Assembly: GCA_964016885.1 (NCBI GenBank)
Contig: OZ024743.1
Coordinates: 169,446,001 to 169,510,000, forward strand
Direction: 5' to 3'
Source of the DNA: Eledone cirrhosa
Taxonomy: Eukaryota
Length of the DNA: 64,000 bases
Position 1 is the first letter of the stretch. Each line of letters opens with the position of its first letter. The notes under the pieces are model-generated. The model did no database searches. It was not told the origin of the DNA and was given only the letters and a program-made list of their open reading frames with translations. The translations under genes were made by a program, and so were the position numbers. This document shows, one piece after another, positions 25,440-38,599 of this stretch.

Positions 25440-26510
25440 CAGTGGTGTACATGGTGGAACCAGTGTGATCCGATTTGCAGGTATGTGAACATGTAGATGC
25501 AAGGAAAGATAGAGCAACATTATGCCATTAAATTTTGTGTTAAATTTAAGAAAACCAAACAAGAAGCCTATGGGGATTAATTGATGAGCAAAGCCAGTTT
25601 CTACCGATGGTTCAAAAAATGGTTTGAAGGAAGTGAACAGATTGAGGATAAACGCAGGTCTGGAGCACCGAACAGCACACAAAAGGAGAAAAATATTGAG
25701 GAAGTATAAAGGTTAGTGATACAAGACCATTGAGCTACTAAAGGATGATACAGTGGAAACAATTCTAACCAAAGATCTGGAGCCCCACAAAGTATGTGCT
25801 AAAGATCCTCTTCAATGACCAGAGGCAGTTTCGTATGGAATGTTGCACTGACATTCTCGATATGATAGATACTGATTCTGGTAACCTGAAAAAAGTAATG
25901 ACGGCGACGAGAGTTGGGCATCCACCCATGAGAGCAAATGACAGATTGTCCAGTGGAAGCACGTGTACTCCCCCTGGCCTAAGAAGGCAAAGATGAGCAG
26001 GTCACAAGAGAAGACCATGGCTATTCTATTCTTTGATTCCCAGGAACTAATTCATATTGAATGGATTCCCGAGGGCCAAACAGTCAAAATGAGGTATTGC
26101 CTTGAAGTTCTGAAAAGGTTCAGTGAGAGGATGAGGAAAATGAGGCCACAGTAGTAGAAAGTAGTGATTCTGCCAGGACTATGCTCCATGCTACAAGTCA
26201 ATGTTGGTAACCACTTGGCTGACTAGCAGAGAAATGAAAGCGGTACAGCACCTAGCCTACAGTCCTAACCTGGCTCCTTGTGATTACTTTCTGTTCCCAC
26301 GCATGTAAGACAGCTTCGGGGAAATCAAATTTGAGCCAACACGAGCTGAAGGAGGCCTCGATGAATTTCCTGATGGGATGGTAGAAGGGGAGAAGATTCT
26401 TGTACAAGTGTGTAGGTGTGAGAGGCCATTACTTTGAAGGAGACAATATTTTGTAACCTTATGAAAATAAATAATGTATCTCCTTAAATGTTCTCATTAC
26501 TTATTGACCA
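25440..26510 (+). mobile_element. Decayed mariner transposon
   Basis: KKAKMSRSQEKTMAILFFDSQELIHIEWIPEGQTV, YSPNLAPCDYFLFP, GHYFEGD. Confidence 0.85.
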
Positions 26511-26513
26511 TTA

Positions 26514-27631
26514 CGAGGTTTGTCCCGAAAGTAAGAGTATTGATTTGCTTATGTATGACATAGTAACGAACCACCCCATCGATATGTATAGTTGTGTTGG
26601 TTATGAACTTGGCTGCACGTACATGATCGATTGAGTCAGTAGTGAGTTATTGCTGTTTATGTATAAACGTGAATATAACCGCTGTTACGTTTGCGACGCA
26701 GGAAAATATTGAACCATGGTACACAATCAAATTTTGTGTGAAAGTCAACAAATCTGCCACTGAAACATTTAATTCTTTAACACGAGCTTATAGAGATACC
26801 ATCCGTCAACAAATGCACAAACCGTGGAAGTGGTGCGAGCAGTGATGGCAAAAGATCGCCGATTAAGTGTCGAAAAAAATGGACTTGGATAAAATTGCAG
26901 TTCACAGAATTTTAACAGACAGTTTACATATGCGAAAAATTTGTGCAAAACTAGTGCCTGAGGAGCAAAACGCGAACCAGTTGGAAATTTATTAGGACTT
27001 GCTAGAAAGATTCAAAATTGAGCCAATTTTCTTGGATAAAATAATAACAGAAGATGAACCATGGGTGTTTGAATATGATCGAGAGATAAAATAATAGCAG
27101 GAGATGAACCATGGGTGTTTGAATATGATCGAGAGACATAACGGTAAAGTGAGGAGTTTCACACGAAACATTTGCCTTATCCGAACAAAGCACGAACGAA
27201 AAGTGTCATTTATTACGACAGCCGTAGTATTGTTCACAAATAATGTTTTACCTCCAAGACAGACAGTTAATTACACCTACAAAGATTCTTAGAACAACTT
27301 TGAAACAGGTTCAGCGTGTCTGAAAGGACATTGCTTAGACAACACTTTCAGCCCAGATGTAACTGAGTGTGATTTCTACCTCTTCCCTACGTTGGAATCG
27401 AAGTTGAAGTGTCATCATTTGGGGACTGTGGAAAATATACAAAAAATTGTAACCAACGAGCTAAGGACACACACAGAAAATGACTCCCGGTACTGCTATG
27501 ATCAATAGAGATAACGTTGGGATCACTGCATGACTACCTAATGGTTGCATTTTGAAGGAGATATCTTGTAATTTCATGTACATCTAATATACATTTAAAT
27601 AAAGTACAGTTACTTGTGGGACAAAACCTCG
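26514..27631 (+). mobile_element. Decayed mariner transposon with both TIRs
   Basis: TIRs cgaggtttgtccc.aaagtaa / ttactt.tgggacaaaacctcg, TA on the left; IKFCVKVNKSATET, IITEDEPWVFEYD, CDFYLFP remnants. Confidence 0.88.
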
Positions 27632-27649
27632 TGTATGTATATATGTATA

Positions 27650-28140
27650 TATTATTAAACCCTTCAATATACAAACCTTAATTTAACATTATTCAAAAAT
27701 GTTTCTCTTCGTTAATTTTAAAATTCTTTTAATTTATATATTATCTTCCAACAGTTTTTTAACCTCTCTCTGTAAAACAATATATTTTTCTCAGTTATAA
27801 AAGCTATCTCTCTCTCTCTATCACCCATCTCTCCTCCTATCTCATCCTTCCTTATCATACTCCTCCCCCTCCATTCTTTACTCTCATCTCCTCCTCTTGT
27901 TCATCCTTTCCAACCAACCCCCCTCAATTTTTTCCCAATATCACACATCAATCTAAAACTACTTTTCATATGTTGATTTAAAACTGCACTATTCACAAGT
28001 GTTTTTTAACCTTCATATCATGTCTCCCTATTTTATCTGACGAAAACGCAAATGTCATCGCATGATGATATTTGTTTTTGAAATGCGCATAATAAAATAC
28101 ATGGAACTCTTTTAACCATCTTTTGATCTTATATATTATA
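27650..28140 (+). mobile_element. Solo pLTR of the Naiad family with hammerhead at 28029-28099
   Basis: tattttat CTGACGA aaacgcaaatgtcatc..gatgatatttgttttt GAAA tgcgca TA ataaaata; reverse-complement homology to 53260-53650. Confidence 0.85.
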
Positions 28141-28157
28141 TATATATATGTGTGTGT

Positions 28158-28210
<53 letters not shown>

Positions 28211-28211
<1 letters not shown>

Positions 28212-29808
28212 TTCTTCTTTGTCCATTTATTCCTGAGAGGGTCGTTGGGGCAGTCCTCAAACACTCCCTCCAGCGGGTCCTGTTAGAGGTAACCGTCTCC
28301 AACTGATCCGGCTGGATCCCCGAGCGTGATCAGCCAAGCTCATGGATGTTATCCAACAATCTTGCTCGGGCTCTATCACTGGGTCTCCTGCCAGATGGTT
28401 TTGACCGCAAAATCTGTGCAGCGATTCTTACCAGAGATATTCTAACCACATGCCCATAGCATCGGAGCTGTTATCACTCAATTCGGATAAGTAGCGGCTC
28501 TAGCTGAAGTGACTCTCTGATCTCCGAACTAAGCACTCTATCGAGTAACATTACTCCTTAGACCCTTCGGAGGAAACCCATTTCAGCAGCTTGTACACGC
28601 GATCGTATTCTTTCGGTCATTACCCAAGATTCATGACAATAGGTAAGGATTGACACGAAAACTGAATTGAAGATAGCGAGTTTGGCTTTTACGCCTTCCT
28701 CATTTCTTCTGATTACTGAATGTTGAAGTTGGCGCATTACTGTACCAGCTTTTGCAATTCTTGCACTTAATTCAGCCTCCTGCCATCCATCACTCGTGAA
28801 CACGGCCCCGAGATACTTGAACGTTTCTACCTGATTCAGTGGAACTCAATTCATATGTAGAGTACACTGCGCAAGCTTCCTTAAGAGGACAAACGTCTCA
28901 GTTTTCGCAGCATTGATTTTCATTCCAGCCATAATGATAAGTCCTCCTCTACATCTGCTATCAAGAACGCGCCTGGGGTTCACTTCTCTTCAGAGGGGTG
29001 CATCCTCGCGAGGTGGAGAGACTATTTTGCTGATCCGCTAAATCCAATCACAACAGTATCTTTTGATGTACACAAGGTGCATCTGGGAGCGGTGACCAAT
29101 ATCTCAGAGGCTGAAGTCGCAAGAGCAGTTAAAGAGCTCAAATGTGATAAAGCTGCTGGGGAAGATGTAACCCGGCCGGAGATGTTAAAAGCCTTAAATA
29201 GAGAGGGTATTCTCTGGCTGACTCATGTGTGCTGGGTGGCCTGGGTCTATGGAAGGGTACGTAAGCAATGGCAGTCGAGAGTGATGATCCCAATTTTCAA
29301 AAAGGGAGACAAGAGAGATTATTCCAATTACAAAGGGACACTCTTGTTAAGCCTCCCCAGTAAAGTCTATGCTAAGTGTCTGGCAAAGAGATGCGGGGAG
29401 ATTGTCAAGTCCAAGTTAGCTGATGAACAGTGTGGGTTTTGCCCCGGACGCAGCACAGCTGACCAAATATTCACACTGCAGCAGGTCTTCGAGAAATCGT
29501 GAGATTATTGCCATGATTATTGTTTAGTCGACTTTGAGAAAGCATATGACCATGTTCACGAGACCTGATGTGGAAGGCTGTGCAGACAAATGGTGCTATA
29601 TCGAAACCATTCAATGTGGGAGTCAGACTCCACCAAGACTGCCTGCTGTCACCTCTCCTGTTCATTATTTACATGAACAGGATTGACTTGCGCAGCTGGG
29701 TTGGAAGTGGTATCCTGACTGGCGGGTTTAAATTCAGTCGGATGGAATTTTCAGACGACATGGTGTTATTTATCTCGACAGATGATAACCTTCGGTTTGA
29801 TACCGAGT
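28211..29808 (-). mobile_element. RTE-like LINE, 5'-truncated and 5'-inverted
   Basis: 28211-28930 minus: 3' end (WVMTERIRSRVQAAEMGFLRRV) with (AAG)n tail; 28931-29808 plus: RT N-terminal half (IPIFKKGDKRDYSNY, EQCGF, FSDD). Confidence 0.85.
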
Positions 29809-29928
29809 ACTATATATATATATAGTATGGCGGTGGGATGGGATTATCTTATGGCTAAAACAGCACGCCGATTGGCGCCCGACAGACTGGTCGGTCAAGG
29901 TGATCAAGGTGATATATATATATATATA

Positions 29929-30115
29929 GGCATACGTCAAGACGGGCGGTCTCAAAAGTGAAACTAATTTTTGATAGTTACGATTGTGAATTTGTTTTTT
30001 TTTTTACAACAGGTCTCAATAGTGAAAGTATAATGCAGACACACGCAATTGTATGGATTTCTTAATATATATATATGTGTGGGTGTGTATATGTGTGTAT
30101 ATATATGTATGTGTG

Positions 30116-30174
<59 letters not shown>

Positions 30175-31948
30175 TTGTATATATATATGTGTTTGTGTCA
30201 TCATCATCGTTTAACGTCTATCTTCCACGCAAGCATGGGTTTAGACGTATATATGTTTGTGTGTATATATGTGTTTGTGTGTCTATATATGTGTGTTTGT
30301 GTGTATATATATGTGTCTGTATATATATATATGTGTATGTATATATATATTTATGCACACATACACATTTGTATGAATTTGTAGATGTATATATGCATGT
30401 ACACAATTGTATGGGTTTTTTTTAAATAATGACATTGTGTGTTGAAATAAATAAATATTGAAAATCCTTATTACACCCTATAAATAGCTGAAATACAGTT
30501 GATCATCTCGCCAAACTTGTTGGCACCAACTCTCTGTCTCCAAAGAAATTAAGGTAGGGTCATAAGAAGGACAGAGAATGATAAGGGATTTGGGTCAGAG
30601 GGGCAGCTTGGGGTCAGAAAGGCAGATTGGCGTCAGAAGGGCTGGGAAAATTTTATTTTTTTTAAACAAAGCACCGAAGGGCTGGATTCTAATACAGTGT
30701 CACATCAAATATGGCTGGACGAGTGTATGGTCGCGTTACCTTAGTTGAAGATATTTTGGATACCATTGCCATTATTAATCGTTTTGAAACAGTGTATACA
30801 CTGTATCCGGCGATACACGGTGACACGTTGTGTATGTTACAGTGGTTGGCGAGTCGGCGTCTGTTGGCGAACAGCGTGAATTGTCCTGTCTGCAATGAGG
30901 CGTGCACATTGCAAAGAAATTGTGAGGGGATTGATAAATGGAGATGGCGATGCGGCCGCGACAAATTTAGTCAATCGGTGCGACAGAATTCTATATTTTA
31001 TCGAAGCCGTGTTCGACTCGAACACCTTATTGGCATTATCTATATGTGGTGCTACGATCATGCCCAAACTGAGATGATGAGAGAAACAGGACTTAGCAAG
31101 CCGACAATTATAGACTGGTGCAATTTCCTTAGAGAAATTTGTGAGCAGTATTTGGAGGCGAATCCTCAACAGCTTGGAGGATTCGATGAGAATGGTTCGT
31201 CGATCATTGTAGAGATCGACGAATCAAAATACTTTCATAGAAAGTATCATCGTGGCCAGTGGAGACAAGGCCACTGGGTCTTCGGCGCTGTAGAACGCCA
31301 TTATGGACGCTGCTGCCTCGTCGAAGTCCCAGATCGAAGCCGTGAGACTCTTGTCCCCATCATACAGCAATGGATTTTGCCAGGAAGTCACATCATGTCC
31401 GATGGTTGGGCTTCCTATTCGGATATTGAAGACATTCAAGGTGGCATTTACCTCCATGATGTTGTTGTGCACCAACGGAACTTTCCTGAAGACCCTAATG
31501 TGCACACACAACTCATAGAGAACACATGGAGCCTTGCAAAGAAAAGGCTTTATTCCCCTCATATTTAGCTGAATTTCTTTGGCGGCAGAGAGTTGGTGCC
31601 AACAAGTTTGGCGAGATGATCAACTGTATTTCAGCTATTTATAGGGTGTAATAAGGATTTTCATAAGGTACGTCAATTTATATTTTATATGCAACAAACG
31701 TATAACTATGTAGTTATTTTTAAAAAATGTATTTCTTTCAACACACAATGTCATTATTTAAACAAAAAATTTTCTGTACACACAATACACAAAAAAAGAA
31801 GAAAAAAAATATCACGTACACGCAATACTAATTAACACCATATCACTATAGAGACCTGTTGTAAAAAAACAAACAAATTCACAATCCAAATTGAAAGTAA
31901 TTAACTGTCAAAAATTAGTTTCACTTTTGAGACCGCCCGTCTTGACGT

Positions 31949-31953
<5 letters not shown>
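29929..31953 (+). mobile_element. Merlin (IS1016/IS1595-related) DNA transposon with long TIRs
   Basis: Termini ggcatacgtcaagacgggcggtctcaaaagtgaaactaattttt and its reverse complement; inserted in (TA)n. Confidence 0.9.
30711..31651 (+). pseudogene. Merlin/ISXO2-like DDE transposase, frameshifted near 31545
   Basis: VEIDES, WVFGAVER, IMSDGWASY, HTQLIENTW; the conserved SYLAEFLWR C-terminus continues in another frame to TAA near 31651. Confidence 0.85.
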
Positions 31954-32029
<76 letters not shown>

Positions 32030-33036
32030 CCCAAATCTAATCACACATGCACACACCAAAAATCTCATTCAGACTCACACATGTATATTCGCACAGACGC
32101 ACACAAACACAGACATACGCACACATCCTCATACATAAACATACATACATATCCTCATACATAAATATACACACACACTCATACAAAAACACATATATAC
32201 TTATGCGCATATACACACACAAAAATACACAAAGATCACACAAATCTTTCACACACGTACGTGCACACACACATAAAAAACAGAAGGATTCACAGACGCA
32301 TAATTTTATACGGACACACACTCATACATGTACACAAAATATACATTTTAAAAATTTAGATACACACTTGTATATTCGCATATACTCACACACGCTCATA
32401 CACAGACATACACAGACATATCCATACATAAACATACACACACACACTTATGTGTGCATAAATGCACAAAGAACACAAATAAATTCAGACTCACACTTAT
32501 ACATTCACACACATACGTACACACTCACGCACACTCAAACAATACAAAAAGCCTCTGACACACACGTGGATATACACATACACACACTCACACATAAACA
32601 TACATGTATACGTACGCGTACATACACACAAAAAACTAAAAAAAAAACATAAACATATACACAAACGTACGTGCACATATGAAAACTACATAAAAACTTC
32701 GCAGACGCACTTTCATCAACGATACACCAACCACACAGAAACACCCATGAAATACCCTCCTTCTGCACGTACATAAAACAACATCCATGACGCACCTGGA
32801 CTCTTCACCTGCACCCCCCCTCCTACTTCTGAATGCCAGACCACTTTCCTTCCACCCACCAACCTTCTTAAGACTTTTTTCAAAACTCCGATGTTGCAAC
32901 CTTTTTTTTCTCTCTCCAAACTCTCCATTTTCAGAAGAAGGACTTATGTCCATAACTTCAAACCCTCTTCTACTTCCTCCTAAGACTTTGTATTTTTGCA
33001 TCTCTGAGTTTGTCTTATCATTTCTTGAACTATATA

Positions 33037-33250
33037 CAGTGGTATCTTGACTTACGAGTGTCCCAACTAACCAGTTTTTCGATATACGAGCCGTCTCTCG
33101 GCCGATGTTTTGCTTTGAGTTGCGAGCTAAAATTCGGGTTACGAACCAGCTTCAGATACCCCACTACTAGTTAGCGTAGCAAAAGCCACATTGAACGCCG
33201 TAACATCCGCCCAGCATCCCATGGGTCCGAAGAAAGTGAGCGCGAAGTAA
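33037..33250 (+). mobile_element. Tigger/pogo-like 5' end remnant
   Basis: TA|CAGTGGTATCTTGACTTACGAG terminus followed by ATG GGT CCG AAG AAA GTG (MGPKKV). Confidence 0.55.
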
Positions 33251-33509
33251 CATGTCATTAGATAGAAAGAAGAAAGGACTGAAATACAGAGAATCAGATA
33301 GATATGTATAGAGTGAGAGAGAAAGGGAGGATCAACCACAATATTTGCATTTTATCAACTAAAAAAAAAAATGAAAGACAAAGTTAGTATCCGTGGAATT
33401 TGAACTGAGAGTCTAGAGAGCTGTAAAAAATACTAGCTGGTACTTTAACAACGTAGCTAGGAGGATAAGACAGACAACTTGGGAGATAAACAGGTGGCTA
33501 ACAGATATC

Positions 33510-34090
33510 TTTCTTTATTTGCCACAAGGGTGCACAAGAAATGGAACATTTCAAGACATGACGGCAGAACCTTTACATAAAAATTGTGTAAACTTTAACA
33601 TTAATAAATTAAAATAAAGTATATATTAAAATAAAATAACAATCGAAATCCCCAATAGTTACTGAGGAGTTGTTTTACACATCGTAGATAGAACAACCCT
33701 CAACACCAGGAGCACATTTTGTAAGTGTTCCCGTCTTCCCTCTATTGTCTTCCTCAACCTACAGGTTTATATACAGAGAAGGCCAATTCACTCGGGCCAT
33801 TTTCGCCACATTCACCCACCTTTCCACGAATTTACTGGGGTGCAGCACCTCTCTTTCCACTCTCACCTTCCTTCTGAAGTGGTATTTAATAAAAGGGGTG
33901 TGAGTTGTTGTCTGGAGAGGAAGGTGTTTGCCCTCAGTCCTTTCAACCTCGTTCGCCATAGCCACCAGACAGAAGAAAACCGCCTCTCCCTCAAAGAAGG
34001 CGGCGGGGTGAGCCTCACGATGAACTCGGCTGACAACTGGATGTGTCACACACGTGACAGTAGCTTTTCGACATAATTAGTGTAGGTGAA
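33510..34090 (-). mobile_element. Probable LINE (L1/Tx1-like) ORF2 C-terminal and 3' UTR remnant
   Basis: FIKYHFRRKVRVEREVLHPSKFVERW resembles LINE C-termini; assignment from memory of the family, unverified. Confidence 0.4.
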
Positions 34091-34134
34091 TAGACAGGTT
34101 TCTGTGAAGAAAGGCAGATAGTTATGAAACCACT

Positions 34135-34470
34135 AACATCACCAGCACTACTACCATCACCACCAACACCATCGCCACAACCAGTACAATTACTACAACC
34201 ACTACCAGCACCACAACAACACCACCATCATTCCCATCAACAATACCCCTACCATCAGTAATATCACCAGCACTACTAAATTCACCAGCACCAACATCAA
34301 CACCAACACTACCATTAGCAACACCATCAACATCAACACCACAATCAACATCACTACTACCACCACCATCACCCTCATCATCCTATCACCATGACACCCA
34401 TTATAATTACCCTCCCCTGCTCTAACTACTACCATCATATCACCATCATCACCTTACCATCTCTCAACCA
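34135..34470. repeat. Degenerate (CAC/CAT/CAA)n trinucleotide repeat
   Basis: Directly visible. Confidence 0.9.
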
Positions 34471-35439
34471 CAATGAGATCCTTATGTTCTTACTAATAAA
34501 TGAAAGTCTGTTAATGTCTTAAATATATAAACTTAACATACAACCTTACATACACACACATACAGTCATACACATATATAAATTATAACAGGATGTATAC
34601 ATACACATACATAGACTTTTAACTTTACATACACACACTTAGATATTCAACCCTACATACACATAAAACGGTACATACACACACAACCTTATATACACAC
34701 ACACATACACTCGTACTAACCTACATACAGACATACAATACAACTTTACATGCATTCACATGGAGTCATACACAACCTTACATAAATATTCACACAAACA
34801 TACACACACACACGCAACTTTCATATGCATTCACACCACAAGAACAGATATTGGTGTTAAACTAGACAACAGATCATGTGTCTACCAACCAAATCTAGAC
34901 CACAGCGGGGGCTTGACCAGATGGTCGTGTTAAACTAGGCAACAGATCGTTTCTTCTTGCCAACTAGACTACAGCAGGATTTGAACTCAGACAGAATCAG
35001 AACAAATAATTTTTTCTAAGATTGGAACAAGGCCAGAAATTTGAAGGGAAGGTGAAAGTGGAATATATCGACTGCAGTACTTAACAAGTACTTATTTTAT
35101 TAATCTTGGAAGGATAAAAGGCAAAGTTAACCACCCTGGACTGGTACTTTATTCGATAGACCCACGAGAAGATGAATGGCATGAAGTTAATTTCGTCAGG
35201 ATTTGAACTGAAAAAATACCTTTGGTTTGTGCCAGTTTATATGGAGCACGACAGATTGTATAAACAGGTGCTGGGCACTCAAACTTGACAATAACTATGG
35301 AAGAAGACCTAGGAAAACTTGAGATGAAGTGATAAAAGCTGACCTTATCCAATTAAACCTCACAAAGGAGATGACAGAAGATCGAGACCTCTGGTGCTAT
35401 ACTGTACTGCAGACCCCACACTTCCATGTGCAAGGGATA

Positions 35440-36627
35440 TGTAGCGAAATCTGTCCATACCTTGACCCATGGGTGACACTAAACTGTAAAATTCTGGGTT
35501 ACCTCTTTTTTGGTGTAAACAAGTCTATGCGTGGGCGATCCTTCGAGGCAGGGGACAGGAAGCGACAGATAAAAATAGCCTGTCTCAGACCAAGCAAAGA
35601 CAGTTAGGAGCAGCAGTCCTTGAGAGAATAACGATGTAAAACATTCGCTTTCTACAGACTTCTGCAGACCTTTCTCTCTCTTGGTCTTACAGGCACTCAC
35701 CTTCTCTGGCCACAGACTACACCAGCATAACGAAGTAACAACAAAAACATCGTCAACTGTTATAACTTGCAGTAACCTATTCGTTGTTCTTTTTAACAGA
35801 AGTGAAGTAAATTTTATAACTAAAGTAAACCGTCTATTTTGTGTTATTCACATCTAACAACATTTACCAACAATTGGTTCGCTTCAGATACACTAGTCTG
35901 CAGCAATCCTTCGCATGCCCTACTCCCAGCCATAATACCCTGATCACACCTAGATATCCTATACCCCTAATCGATGTGGAACTCTCTTACCTTACCTCCC
36001 CAGGCCTGATACACCTATAACGGAATACTCCTATATTTTATTCGAAACCAAATCTGAGCTTTCCCGCCTCTGGGACAATCTATCGTTGGAAGTTCTCGCC
36101 TTTGTCCTGCCAACGATGATAAATGTACATTCCATTTGACCTGTGACCCCAATCTCTTGGGAGATGCTAGCCACAGGTCAGATCATAAATCAACCTCATA
36201 TATCCATCCTTCTAACTTTAACGAGATTATAAATACAAGGACTTAGGAAACCAAGAGAAGAGAATCGAAGCAGCCTGCCTGACAGATTGACCATTACTAC
36301 TATGAGAATAAGATCTTCTAAGAATAGGCACACACACACACGCATAGTAAGTTCATATTGTTATATTATACTCTCATCCTATTCTTCCTGCCATATTGTA
36401 TCTGCAAGACACAAGACAGCTCATACTATATAGGCTTCTCTGATACATGGATTCACGTTGGCTCGTAGAGCTAACAATTTAATGTAGCGACGGTTCATGT
36501 CATAAATTTTATTACTCGATGTTCAAATCGAATATTGTTATTATAAAATAAATATTGTTAACTCAATCATGGCATTATTCTTTTCATCAAAACTATCACA
36601 CAAAGAATACACCACTTATCCGTTACA
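35440..36627 (+). mobile_element. Possible solo LTR (about 1.19 kb)
   Basis: Termini TGTAGCG...CGTTACA, AATAAA near 36547; no matching TSD seen. Confidence 0.4.
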
Positions 36628-36849
36628 CACCTTACCTGCCCAGCCCATGAAAGCTAGGATATACGACATCTGACCTCCCACATCCTGCAAGATGGTTGGT
36701 ATTAGGAAGGGCATCCAGCCGTACAAACCAAGCGAAAATACAGATCTGGGTCTATCGAATAAAGTAACAGTCCAGGGTGGTTAACTTTTCCTTTTATCCT
36801 ACAAAGATTGATAAAATAATTGTTTATACTTTTGGCACAAAGTGTATTA

Positions 36850-36990
36850 CTGGTACTTTATTTTATCGACTCCATAAGGATGAAAGGCAAAGTTAACCTC
36901 GGCGGGATTTGAACTCAGAATGGCAAGGGCCGTAACTCTATGCGTCAAAGCATGGCGTCCGACCCTCTACCGATACTGCTAATCCACCGC
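36850..36990 (-). mobile_element. tRNA-derived SINE
   Basis: Same family as 20529-20722; A and B boxes on the minus strand. Confidence 0.85.
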
Positions 36991-38249
36991 TCTATTTGAT
37001 AAAATAATACCAGTTAAGTACTGGAGTCGATATATTATACTTTCACCTTCATGATCTCTGGACTTGACATGTCTCATAATGTGGCAATCCGCTTAACCTA
37101 TGCAAGCATGGAAAATGGACGTTAAACGATGATGATGATGATAATATTATATGTATAATGCATTGGTGTATCTCAAGCAACAAATTTATATGTATTGTGA
37201 ATTTTTTTTTTTTTTTTTGTGCACACGGTTCAGAGGGCAAAATAAGAAGAGAGAGCTATAGAGGGCTCAGAGGGAGAAGATAGAATAAGATAAAATACTT
37301 GTGGAACTATGAGATATGGTCAACATAAGAATAGTAAAGGCACATTATATTAGGAAGCGTGTGCCTACCCTAAACCGTTGGAGTGACCTTGGCACATGGA
37401 AACAGCTGTAGTGGAACAACGTCATACTTCGCAATAGCAACATTTCATATGCAATTTGGTTAAACAGACCAATGGTAAGTCGCGTATGAATACGTTGTCG
37501 CCTTCTCGTGAAAACCACTGCACACGATTAGAGAGAAACCAGACCGGGAAGATGAAAATACCTACTACAAGGTAACTCCTACTATATTCCTCCCATAATC
37601 CTCTTAGGAGGAATAGAACAGTTATCGACAAACCATGTTCTACATTTCGTCAATTGTTCTTCTACGGCCTATCTGCTATTCGAGATATTCTATTGTCTGT
37701 ACAGAAAATCAACTTTCGACAAATTTATATTTATAGAGAATTGAGTGTTAAAGAGACATTTATTTATATCATGGATGTCAGAAGCCTGTCACAGCAAGTA
37801 CGAAGCAACAAACACATCGACCAAGGTATTTTCTTATAATTGTTTGTGATAACAAGGTCCTTGGATATTTCAACTTGTAGTTATTAAAAGGTATAAGTAA
37901 TTATTTGACTTCTCATTCCTCCTATAAAATGGTGACCACGAGTTAAAGCAACACAGCTTTCTCGCTACAAAATCGTGACCCGACACAAACGAAAAGTTTT
38001 TTCATCGCACATGGCATTCTTATTCAATATGGCCGCCTACTTCATCTTCTTCGTGGTCTTTTCGCGCGTTTTCGGAGCATAAAAATGTTTTCCAACATGG
38101 CGTCTCACCTTCTTCTTCTCCACCTGTTCCTGCGCTTTTATTTTGGGTTGAACATCCGCACTCTCTGCTGTGATAATAGCACTATAAGACTTTAAAACTT
38201 TTTTGCATGTTTTATTTACAACAGAATACAAAGTGGAATTGGAAAAATA

Positions 38250-38441
38250 TTAATTGTTTCTACTTTTGGCACAAGGCCAGCAATTACTCAGTGCATTACT
38301 GGTACATTATTGTATCGACCCCGTAAGGATGGAAGGCAAAGTTAACCTTAGCGGGATTTGAACTCAGAATGGCAAGGGCCGTAACTCTATGCGTCAAGGC
38401 ATGACGTCCGACCCTCTACCAATACTGCCAATCCACCGCCT
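38250..38441 (-). mobile_element. tRNA-derived SINE nested in the Gypsy leader
   Basis: Same family as 20529-20722. Confidence 0.85.
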
Positions 38442-38599
38442 TAAATGTTAATAAATGTTATTGCTGTGTGTTATTTTCTATACACGAAGAATAATCCAGC
38501 TATTGTCTAGCGGCGAAATTAACGAACGTCTGTCCTCTTCTTTTTCTTTCTGTCGAGGGAAGCAGCCCTTATATTATCATTAACATTGGCAAGCAACTT

